Positions 25,229 through 36,029 of a stretch of 64,000 nucleotides of DNA are shown here, in pieces. The first letter of the stretch is position 1. Each line of letters starts with the position of its first letter. Made by a program: the position numbers and the translations under genes. The notes beneath the pieces are model-generated. The model worked only from the letters and a program-made list of their open reading frames with translations. It was not told the origin of the DNA and did not search any database. Source of the DNA: Octopus bimaculoides (taxonomy: Eukaryota); NCBI RefSeq assembly GCF_001194135.2, contig NC_068989.1, forward strand, positions 38,135,637 to 38,199,636, written 5' to 3'.

Positions 25229-25440
25229 CCTTTCTACTAAAGACACAAGACCTGTGTTTGTGGGGAAGGGACTAGTCAATTGCATCAACCCCAGTGTTTC
25301 ACTGAAACTTGATTTATCAACCCTGAAAGGATGAAAAGCAGTCAACATCAGCAAAATTTGAACTCAGAATGTGAAGACAGCTGAAATACCGTTAAGCATT
25401 CTGCCTGAAATGCTAATGAGTCTATCAGCTCACCACCTTA
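25229..25440 (-). mobile_element. SINE family B, near full length
   Basis: Reverse complement reads ...TTCTGAGTTCAAATTTTGCTG..GTTGACTGCTTTTCATCCTTTCAGGGTTGATAAATC...GGGGTTGATGCAATTGAC...GTCTTTAGTAGAAAGGATTATTATT. A degenerate second copy lies at ~25560-25720. Confidence 0.85.
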
Positions 25441-25467
25441 CTACTACTACTGCTACTACTACACCTG

Positions 25468-25526
<59 letters not shown>

Positions 25527-25555
25527 TAGTAGTAGTAGTAGCAGTAGTAGTAATG
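25440..25555. repeat. (CTA)n followed by inverted (TAG)n microsatellite
   Basis: Read directly from the sequence. Confidence 0.9.
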
Positions 25556-26249
25556 ATTATAATATTCTAAAATTTAGGCTCTAGGCCAGCATTTATGAGG
25601 AGAGTGAGTTAACTGATTAAATCAGCCATAGTACTTCGCAGATACTTAGTTTTATTGGCCTTGGAAAGATGAAACACAAAGGTGACTTTGTTGGGGATTC
25701 ATTTTCAGAGCATAAAGAGCTGAAGAAATACAGTGAGACATTTTTGTCTGCTGCTTTAGCTGTTCCGCCAATCCACCAATAATAAGTAAAACAAAAGTAA
25801 CACACAAAACAGCAAATGAAAATATAAAAAAACAATTATCAAGTGTGAAAACCACAGAGGTAGAACTAATAATATTTGCTAAATAAATGAAATAACAGAA
25901 CACTATACTTCAGAACAGAGACTAACAAAAATCGAAGCAGAACAAAACAAATAAACTATAAACAGCAAGGAATATTCATTGTCATCATCATCATCATCAT
26001 TGTTATTGTCGTCATTGTAATCATTATTGCCCTTGTGATTGTCATCATTATCATCATGGACAGATTTCCTACGGCCAGTTACCCTTCCTGTCATCAATTG
26101 TTACCTGTTTCCAAGCAAAGTAATATTAACTCTTGGTTGGATATGTATTCACATATTGCTTGTGTGATGATGTTTATTTTCAATTGTTGCACAATGTCAA
26201 GACAAGAAGACAAGCACACATCCACATACACGCATGTGTGTGTGTTTGT

Positions 26250-26355
26250 GCATGTGTACAATGGGCTTCATTCAGTTTCCATATATCAAATCCACTCACA
26301 AGGCTTTGGTCAACTTGAGGCTATAGCAGAAGACACTTCTCAAGGTGCTATGCAC
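26250..26355 (-). mobile_element. SINE family A core fragment
   Basis: GGGCTTCATTCAGTTTCC...AAATCCACTCACAAGGCTTTGGTCAACTTGAGGCTATAGCAGAAGACACTTCTCAAGGTGC. Confidence 0.85.
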
Positions 26356-26559
26356 AGATTAACATAGAGAACAAATATACAGTGAAAAAGATTGAAAATA
26401 AGAGAAAAGATGTCTCATTTCTTAATAAAATCTCTTTACAAAAACTACAATTGGTAAGAAAGTGACACAAATATAGTAGAAGTATAACATAACCAAAAGA
26501 TAAATATCCAAAAATCAAAGAAAGTCTGGAACTAGAGTTTCTCACTAAATAACAAAGAA

Positions 26560-28010
26560 TCCCTCAGTATGAAAAACAGCAATGATTCTTTAGACAAAAC
26601 AAAACAACTTCACTTGAGCCTAAAAGACAATTTTACGAAAAAAACTTGATAAAATGTATGAAAACAGAAATCAGTACAGCTCCAACAGGAAAGGAATTAG
26701 TAGAATTTTGGAGAGGAGTATGTATATATAAGAGGAACAAAGGAATTACACACACACAATAATTGCTCATTACTATAGACCTACCACATGTCTTCTCAGG
26801 GTTTATAAAGCCTGACCTGCAATGATATTGCAAGGCATTAATGAACATGTAGAAAAATAATCTGTTTTCAGAAGAGCAGAAGGGATACTGCAAAGACTTG
26901 TATAGCTGTAAAGAACAGTTATTGATCAAGAAAGCTACTTCACCAAAGACAGCCAATGAAAATAAGAAAGGATTTGGTCATTACATGGACCGAGTAGCAG
27001 AAATAGCATGACAGTATTTCTCACACATAAATCCTAGAAACACTAGCCATGAGTAAGTTCACACCAATAATAAGAGAAAAGAAAAATATTTCAGGAGTCA
27101 ATTGCAAACAATTTTGAAGATGGATATGGAAGGAGGAATTATAAAAATCATACTAAGCTCCATTAGAAAAGGAATATTCCAATAGGACTTCTTTTGACTC
27201 CTTTTCTGTCTGGCACAGACATCTTTAACTGCCATTTTAAACAGAACTGGACATGGATACAAGTGATAGGATTAGACAATCAACCATTTTTATGTATGGA
27301 TGACCTTAAGTTGTATGCTGTAGATAATAATTAATTAGAAACACTATTGCAGACAATGCATGGAGTTACCAGGAAAACTGATATAACATTCAGATTACAA
27401 AAAAATACCCAAGCAACCAAGAGAAAAGATAATAACACTAATATCTTGTTAGATAAAGAAACTGAGATAAGATAATCACATCAAATAGAGACATACAAAT
27501 ACTCAGGAATCGATGAAGTTGACAGAATGCAACATACATAAAAGAAAACAAAACATTAGGAAGGAATATCATAGATACATTTGTTTAATATTTGAAGTAG
27601 CAAACTGCAAACAAATAATAAGATAATAGTGATCAATACTTTATCTCTCTGTATAATAAGTTATTGTTATATTTTCAATTTGATACTAAAATAACTAACA
27701 AGAGCAAATAGACATGCAAGGAAAATAATAACTTCATTTAGAACACACCACTCAAAATCCTTCTGTAACTAGAAAACTATTTTGCATATCCACTGTTGGA
27801 TTACAAAGATATTCAATTAAGAGTCATGAAAATATAAAAAGTTATAAAGCATCAAGAAAACAAACAACTGAATTCTATTTTCAAGAAATCTGACAAAATA
27901 CAAAGAAGAGGCTGAGATGGCAGATCATTCTGAGCAACAACAGCAGTTAGTAAAAGTCTAAAATATCACTTAGAAATAGATCTGCATGTTTGGGGAAGAT
28001 ATAAGCCATA
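26560..28010 (+). mobile_element. Older, heavily decayed R4/Dong-type retrotransposon RT region
   Basis: Residual motifs STAPTGKELVEFW, LFSEEQKGYCKDLYSCKEQLLIKK, IRKGIFQ, YMDDLKLYA-like and YKYSGIDE. Confidence 0.7.
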
Positions 28011-28969
28011 AATGTAACACCTGTACATAATCAGCACTTATTTTATTGGCTATTGACTCTAGAAAGATAATAAAACCAACTTTTATTTAAGAGAATGCAC
28101 AGTGATGTTGTTAAATAGTGCAGGGCAATTTGTCAGTCACTCTATTAATTCTGCCACTAGCCACAATGACAATAATTATTAAGTTTACTAAGTTAAACAG
28201 TGATCTAGAAGTTTACTGACTGGTAAAGTTAGTAGAAAAAAACTGAAATCACATAAAGGTTTAATCTTTATTTTATCTAATTTACAGTTTCAATTCTCAA
28301 ATCCTTTATCTCTTTCACATTTCACTCAGGTTCTCATTAAGGTGAATGAAGATTGAGATAATCTTGAAATAAAAATTGTTAAAATGATGTTAATCAATTT
28401 GTTACATGAGTTCTATCTAAAATCATCATCATCATTTCCTTTCCAAACTGGTATGAGCTGGAGGGCTCGCAACAAACAGAATTACCACCTACCTATTCAG
28501 AGGTACTACTGACTCAGACAAGTTAGGAGACTGCATCATGCAAAGAGGTATTTCACCTTTGGTTTGGTTCCTATGATTGGATGCCCTTCCTAACACTAAC
28601 TACGTTATGGAATGTAGTGGGTGCATTTTTTGTGGTACTAACTCCTAGTTGCACCAGCTTTGATGTAATAAAGAAAATTGGTTATTGGTGTGTTTAAAAA
28701 AGGGCAACTTCTTTTGTATTACATAAAAAAAGTTATGGGAAAGGTATGAAAAATATATTTAATTAATTTCAACTTCACTTAATTTCTACTAATTATTGGA
28801 TTGCCCCTCAAAATGCTGAAAATATAAAATAAATGATATACTAAACACAGAGAACATGTCTTTTTCTTTTGAATATTAGTTTCTCTTGTGATGATATATA
28901 TATATATATATATATATACATATTTACATACATATAATAAAATCAATAAAAAGCAGACAATGAACTTAC

Positions 28970-29058
28970 TGTAAGGATTTCATAGATTTCTGATGCCAAA
29001 CTTGGTCCATGGAGATTTAAGTTCATAAGTTTATATACATATGATTTTCTTGTGAATC
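28970..29058 (-). CDS. Candidate internal coding exon of an unidentified host gene
   Basis: cattacag|GA TTC ACA...CTT ACA|gtaagt. 89 nt open in one frame (GFTRKSYVYKLMNLNLHGPSLASEIYEILT), with a CCCTAAC branch-like motif upstream. Protein not recognised. Confidence 0.3.
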
Positions 29059-29239
29059 CTGTAATGTCATGAATATGTGCTATGCATATAAATCTGTGTA
29101 GTTAGGGAATCCAGCATTAGTTCATGGATGTATAGGTCTTTATTATATAATATACATATAAAGCATAATGTGCATTTAATCAATATCCAAAAACTTACCT
29201 AGTTTGGAATGGGTGACAGAGTGAGTGGTGGGGTCAAGC

Positions 29240-29440
29240 TTGAAATTTTTGAAATTTTGAAGTATGAATTGTTTCTTCTGCATGCAAGGGGAGAATGTCT
29301 TCTCTTTAATATTCAAAATATTCATTCTTGATGCTATGATATTTAATTTTCTCATGATACAGATGTTGCATTTATTGCTCTGTCCCCTATATTTGCATGA
29401 CTTAGCTATGATGCTCCAGTTTATATGGGGATTGTTCATA
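29240..29440 (-). mobile_element. Penelope-like (Neptune-type) endonuclease C-terminal relic
   Basis: INWSIIAKSCKYRGQSNKCNICIMRKLNII...ILNIKEKTFSPCMQKKQFILQNF matches the I.WSI...Y....C.LC..EK..I....LN..E..S.C.H pattern. Confidence 0.7.
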
Positions 29441-29683
29441 CTCCTCTCTTTCAGTGTTCATACCATATTGAATGAATCTGTTGTGTCTTTGGGAAAAACA
29501 GTTAATCTACAACTTAACTCCCATGATCTGTATGTTTATTTTGAAATCCCATTCAGTCTGACGTATCCTCATATATTCTCATCCAAAATGGAAACCAGAA
29601 CTGACACTTCCATATAGCACACTTGAGTAATTGTGAAAATCACTTCACATGGAGCCATTGGTTCCCTTGTTAACCCATACATA

Positions 29684-29735
<52 letters not shown>

Positions 29736-29749
29736 TGTATATGATACAT

Positions 29750-29945
29750 ACCATCATCACCATCATCATCATCGTTTAACGTTCGCTTTCCATTCTAGCA
29801 TGGGTTGGACGATTTGACTGAGGACTGGTGAACCAGATGGCTACACTAGGCTCCAATCTGATTTGGCAGAGTTTCTACAGCTGGATGCCCTTCCTAATGC
29901 CAACCACTCCGAGAGTGTAGTGGGTGCTTTTACATGCCACCGGCA
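29750..29945 (-). mobile_element. SINE family C 3' part (young)
   Basis: (CAT)n CGTTTAACGTTCGCTTTCCATTCTAGCATGGGTTGGACG...GGATGCCCTTCCTAATGCCAACC...GTAGTGGGTGCTTTTAC. Confidence 0.9.
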
Positions 29946-30848
29946 TATTATATGATATATTCTTCTATTCTTTTACTTATTGCAATAATATATGATATAT
30001 ACGTGGAGAAATAATAGGAAAATGAAAAATAATAATATGGCAGAATATTTTAATATAGATGTCTAAAAAGGATTTCTAACCGGCTTTCATTGCATGGCAA
30101 ATTTTCAAGAAGAGGGAGAATGAAAATGTTTTTTATAAAAAAGTAAAAAATAATATATAAAAAAATAAATATACGAATACATTATATTGTCTTTGAGCTT
30201 TTAAACTTCAATGATAATCCATGTAGGTAATAGTTGGAAAAATTAGGATGCATGAAATTGAGAGTTGTGTTTGGTTTAAAAAAAAGAAAAGGGGCTGAAG
30301 GTTTATGTGTTAAGCAGGAAGTGTGGTGTCAAANNNNNNNNNNNNNNNNNNNNNNNNNNNNNNNNNNNNNNNNNNNNNNNNNNNNNNNNNNNNNNNNNNN
30401 NNNNNNNNNNNNNNNNNNNNNNNNNNNNNNNNNNNNNNNNNNNNNNNNNNNNNNNNNNNNNNNNNNNNNNNNNNNNNNNNNNNNNNNNNNNNNNNNNNNN
30501 NNNNNNNNNNNNNNNNNNNNNNNNNNNNNNNNNNNNNNNNNNNNNNNNNNNNNNNNNNNNNNNNNNNNNNNNNNNNNNNNNNNNNNNNNNNNNNNNNNNN
30601 NNNNNNNNNNNNNNNNNNNNNNNNNNNNNNNNNNNNNNNNNNNNNNNNNNNNNNNNNNNNNNNNNNNNNNNNNNNNNNNNNNNNNNNNNNNNNNNNNNNN
30701 NNNNNNNNNNNNNNNNNNNNNNNNNNNNNNNNNNNNNNNNNNNNNNNNNNNNNNNNNNNNNNNNNNNNNNNNNNNNNNNNNNNNNNNNNNNNNNNNNNNN
30801 NNNNNNNNNNNNNNNNNNNNNNNNNNNNNNNNNNNNNNNNNNNNNNNN

Positions 30849-30884
<36 letters not shown>

Positions 30885-30887
<3 letters not shown>

Positions 30888-31312
30888 TATGAATTTGTGT
30901 TGCAAGATTCCTGATGTGAAGTCATGTGTTGAAACAAATACTGTTGTATTTCAAGATGATCATTTTTTGGGCCAAAGAAACACATGCACTATATATTCGT
31001 TCTTCACTTGTTTTTTAATGTTATTATTCTAACTCATGTCCATTGTCTGGAAATCTTTCGTCATACATCTGTGACCTTCTCAGCAACACTTTCTGTCTTC
31101 ATGTGTGCTCTTGCTCTGTCTATTCCATTCTGTTCAGTTCCTCAAACATGAGAAGAACAGAAGGTAATAAGCAGAGCAACAGCACACATGAAGACGGAAA
31201 GTGTCACTGAGGAGGTCACAGTTATGTGACGAAAGATTTCTGGACAAAGGACATGAATAAGCAAAACACATAGAATAATAACAGTAATAAATGAGTGAAG
31301 AACGAATATATA
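30885..31312. mobile_element. Palindromic element (arms 30990-~31135 and ~31155-31312) with a one-sided outer extension; Penelope pseudo-LTR-like
   Basis: TATATATTCGTTCTTCAC...GAAATCTTTCGTCA...CTTCATGTGTGCTCTTGCTCTG is mirrored by CAGAGCAACAGCACACATGAAG...TGACGAAAGATTTC...GTGAAGAACGAATATATA. Adjacent to (TA)n. Confidence 0.85.
31201..31246 (+). ncRNA. Candidate minimal hammerhead ribozyme
   Basis: GTGTCA CTGAGGA G GTCAC AGTTAT GTGAC GAAA GATT TC TGGACA: perfect 5-bp stem II, GAAA, mini stem III, UUC site and a bulged stem I. Confidence 0.55.
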
Positions 31313-31329
31313 TACATAATAAATATATA

Positions 31330-31431
31330 GTTTACATTGTCGCAAGGATGTACAAGTTACCAAATGGAAGATTCAATTAGAAGATTGAATCTTCCATGTG
31401 TTAACATGTACCACCTTGCAACAATGTAAAC
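31330..31431. repeat. ~48-bp-arm hairpin (inverted repeat)
   Basis: GTTTACATTGTCGCAAGGATGTACAAGTTACCAAATGGAAGATTCAAT pairs with ATTGAATCTTCCATGTGTTAACATGTACCACCTTGCAACAATGTAAAC. Confidence 0.85.
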
Positions 31432-33564
31432 TTTCATTTAATCAAGATATCTTTGGCCTGAAGAGTAGCCTGCAATACACACCTTGCTTGGATATTTACC
31501 ACTTCCAAGGTTCCGCTTGTTATGAAACATATGTAGCCCATATCCTATCTACTCCATTCCTTAACTCTTGTATTCTTATTCGCATACCCAACTCAGCAAC
31601 CCTGGTTGCTTACCATGAAATATAAAATGAAATTTTTCAATTTACCATACTTTGACAGAAAAAAATCCACAACCTTCTGTCTCAGTAAACCATTATTGTC
31701 TCTGGAAGTTTCTATACTAAACATGGATCACTTGATGCTAACTTTCTTCCTACACCTCGATCCTTGAATCTTATATTTATTTATACATACATATATNNNN
31801 NNNNNNNNNNNNNNNNNNNNNNNNNNNNNNNNNNNNNNNNNNNNNNNNNNNNNNNNNNNNNNNNNNNNNNNNNNNNNNNNNNNNNNNNNNNNNNNNNNNT
31901 ATATATATATATATATGGTGGTTGTCTACTCCCTTATGCAGAGTCTGACCACCTCTTGTACTTACACCTTAGATCTATCATATTGTCTGTTGTGGCTTTT
32001 TAAAACAGACAATATTTTAAAAAGACACTCACATAGATTGCATATCTCATTTGGACCATCAAGATCTGCAGTTAAGTTCTAATGTTTGTAGGTCTTAAAG
32101 TTTCTTTAGATTCATTAGATTTACAGACTTTATGGCATACATGGCATTGACAAGTGAGCACAGATCTATATACCTGTATGTGCACACACATAGATATATA
32201 TATATATATATATATTCCCACATATACACATACACACGCATACATACACACAGAGACACACAGAGACACACACACACCTGTGTACGTGTGAATAGAACAT
32301 CAATCTGTCACTAGAGTCTTTTCTAATAGGCTATATATCAATTCCACACAGATAGGAATGAGAGCTAATAACCATAAGTTCTTCTGAAATGAACATACAT
32401 AGATGGGGAGGGGTATAATTATCTTCCGACTGCAGACCTGGCCCGAGTGCTTCCAACAGGAGTGGACTATACTGAAGGCACCCAAGAATCAGGTGCTGTT
32501 GTTAAACATGTTAATGGTTTAAGTTAACCACTCATGAATAGAAATAGCCCCTCCAGCATGCCTCCACATAGTTATTTTATCTTTGAAATTTCACTCACAA
32601 AGTTTTGGGCAACCCACAAAGATGCTGCACAGTATGACTGAATATGGAACTATTTAGTTGAGAAGTAATCTTCTTATCCATACAGCCACGGTTGTATATA
32701 ATTTCTGCAATGATCAACTTCATTCTTCATTGAAAATACCAATAAAAATGTGAGTAATACATTGAATTGTGTTGTTGAGCTGAACAACTATTATATATCC
32801 TATTCTTTAAAAAATAAATAAGCAAAACACATGAAAGACAAAAAAAACAAAAAAAACATGCAATGTCTATTATTGAAATCAATAAAGGAATAACTGGATG
32901 GTATAAACCGTCTTGAGTATACTCATCCATTTGTATTACGTGTTTATATTTATGACATAATTCGTATTGCATAGATTTTAATATTTATGACATAGATTTT
33001 AATATTTATAACATTCATTGTAATAGTATTTAAATTTGCTTTTCATGAATGAGCAATAAAGCAATAAAAAAAAAAAAGAATTGCTGACTGCCAGTTACAT
33101 TGTTTTTGAGGTAACAGCTTTCTTTGTTTTGATGAGTTTTTCTATGAAATATACCAAGGAATTGGTAACTGCCCATTTTTGTTTCTTTGGTTGGTAACAG
33201 ACGAATATTATAACTGGATACAGATTATCATAGCTTTTTCTTAATCTATTTCATACAATTGATTGAATTTGTAAATTGTTGTTTTTGTTGGTTTCTATCA
33301 AATATATAAAGGACTTAATAGCAATCTGTCTTCATTGATCTCAATCTATATCAAACACACTAAGAAATTGATAACCAACTCACTTTATTTCTAATCAATA
33401 CCAAACAAATAGAACCAGTAACAGTGTATCTTTATTATTCTAAGAGTGGAGAGTGGTGAGTAGCAGAAATGGTAAAGTGTACAACCAAATGCCTGCAGTA
33501 TTTAGCCATATTGTGTCTTAATTTATATATTTGTTGTTGTTGTTGTTATTATTATTATTATTAT

Positions 33565-33770
33565 TCAGTAGTTTTATTTCTATAACGTGCTTTCACTTCA
33601 CTACCGAGCGCAGCTCTGTGTGCCTTGGGTATGTGCTGTGGTTTGCTGTGATGCTCTTATGGTTACTGTATTGCAAATGTTTTGCGTAGGATGTGTGCAG
33701 TGCCCAGTAGTGCAATTTTCTGTATGTTATATATATTTGTAAGTCCTGGTGTTTTTGTTATGTATTTGTC
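33565..33770 (-). mobile_element. Short 3' end of a second R4/Dong-type family
   Basis: Minus frame DKYITKTPGLTNIYNIQKIALLGTAHILRKTFAIQ* (ALLGTAHILR is a typical R4-clade C-terminus), then a 3' UTR and (AAT)n. Confidence 0.75.
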
Positions 33771-34390
33771 TTCGAGCTTGATAAAATAAGTACCAGTTGA
33801 ACACTGGGGTCGATGTAATCAGCTCATCTCCTCCCTGCAAACTGCTGCTCTTGTGGCAAAATTTGAAACCATTATTATTATTATTATTATTATTAGTGGC
33901 AAACTGGAAGAATTATTAGTATACTAGGCCAAATACTTAGTGACATTTTGTTCATCCTTATGTTCTGAGTTGAAATTCAACTGGGGTTGGCATTGCCTTT
34001 CATCTTTTGGGGGTTGATAAAATAAGTACCAGTTAAGCACTGGGGTCAATGTAATTGACTTACCCCATTCCCCAAAATTGCTGGCCTTATTACTATTATT
34101 ATTTCCATTTTACTTCTCAGAGCTCTTGATTTTACTTGCAACCTGTTGTCAAAAGTTTCACAATTTCTCTTTCCATGATGCTTAACATGCACCTACCAAT
34201 CTCAAAATCATCGTTGTCCCCAACAGAACAGTTTTTTGAATGTGGCTAGCTGGCAAAATCATTAGCAAGTTGAACAAAATGGTCTTTTATTTGTATTATT
34301 GTCTGTGGTTCTTTGCCATCTTAGCTTGAATCCCACTGATGTCAACATTGCCTTTCATCCTTCTGAGGTCAATAAAGTAAAGTGCTAAAC
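33770..34390 (+). mobile_element. Cluster of SINE family B copies (~33770-33890, ~33895-34100, ~34240-34385)
   Basis: Repeated TTGCCTTTCATC(C)TT..GGGGTTGATAAAATAAGTACCAGTT...CACTGGGGTC motif, most copies ending in (ATT)n. Confidence 0.8.
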
Positions 34391-34414
34391 CTTAAAATAA
34401 TAATAATAATAATG

Positions 34415-34451
<37 letters not shown>

Positions 34452-34480
34452 TGATGATGATTATAAAAATAATAATGATA

Positions 34481-34803
34481 ATGTGGGAAATGAAGTGAGT
34501 AACTGTCATCCCAGTAGTTGTAGGGGCACATGGAGCATTAGCAACCAAGTTCAAGTAATATGTCAGAGAAATTGGAATTGACATGAGGGTAGAACATGCT
34601 AAAATACTGCTCTACTGGGGACAGTGAGGATTTTGAGATCGCTATGTAGGTGTTATCTTCTATAGTACTTAACATCTAGGTTCCATGTCTTATAGTTTGT
34701 GGAAAGAGATCCTGAAAGACCCCGTGAGACCTTTCACAACAGGATGCTCTCTGCTCTCACAAAATTAACCAGAGCAAATAAGATTACATGCTCTGAGAAT
34801 TAA
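34481..34803 (+). mobile_element. 3' end of a third R4/Dong-type family between (AAT/ATG)n tracts
   Basis: MWEMK*VTVIPVVVGAHGALATKFK*YVREIGID...ALLGTVRILR. Confidence 0.7.
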
Positions 34804-34844
34804 AATGATAAAAATAATGATAATGACAATAATAATGATAATAA

Positions 34845-35398
34845 TTCTGTTCAATACCACAGATTTACTTATCAGTTGTTTGACCTTAATCAGTTGAGCA
34901 TGTCTTTTAGTGACTAATGATGTGTGCATCTCTAATCATGAGCAGAAGTAGTGGGGAGCATCATAACCATGTTTTGAGAGGAATTCTTTGGGTTTGAATA
35001 ATTCACTTCTGGAAACATTGGTGTTTTATTCATCATCCTTAACACAAACCTTATTCAGGAACCTTTTGTGTGGGATGGGCTACTTGATCTAAGGAAAATT
35101 CTAACTAGCCCCCCCCCCCCCNNNNNNNNNNNNNNNNNNNNNNNNNNNNNNNNNNNNNNNNNNNNNNNNNNNNNNNNNNNNNNNNNNNNNNNNNNNNNNN
35201 NNNNNNNNNNNNNNNNNNNNNNNNNNNNNNNNNNNNNNGGCAAGGTCATGTGCTGTTTATCTTGATATAAGATCACCATGTCATGCACATATGGTTGTGA
35301 TGCATGTGCCTGGTGTACTTATATCAGATGGGTAGTCATGATGGGTATATTGGGCTTCGTATATTTTACCCCAGTATTACTTTGATGGCATGTACTGG
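34845..35398 (+). mobile_element. Family D non-autonomous element (spans the gap at 35122-35238)
   Basis: Colinear with the reverse complement of 48543-49095; AAT tracts on both sides. Confidence 0.85.
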
Positions 35399-35640
35399 AT
35401 TATAATAATAATAGTGATGGATAATAATAATAATATTGCACCTGCAATAAAGTGTGACACAGTTGAAAGCACCTCAAAATACATACTGCAACATAATTTC
35501 GTATGTAGCTTATAAATATGATTGAAATGTTTACTGCATACCTACCTAGGATCTTTTAGTGGACCAAGTTTCACGTTTGTACAATGTTTAATATTCAAAA
35601 TATCAACAAAAATTTAACCTGCAATAAAGCATGATACACA

Positions 35641-35684
<44 letters not shown>

Positions 35685-36029
35685 CTAAACTTCAAACCAT
35701 ATCTAACACTTACTTCATGTAAATGTTCAGCTCATCTGATGATCTCCAAATTGTTCAAATACTCCCTGTTGCATTTGCCTCCATTTTCCCATTGTTGTCA
35801 CACAATACATATTTGTCATTGAATTATATAGATGGTGTGTATATTCTCACTTATAGATGGCATACATATTTTGTGTGTAGCATGTGCAGCGTAGATAACT
35901 GCCATAGGGCAGCTATAGTTTTAAGCATGTTCATCAGCAAAACTTATATTTCATTCAGCATTAGGCATATTCTTCTCTCCATTTGCTGATTGCATTGATT
36001 TAGAAAAAGAATTTTGAAAAATTTCTAAA

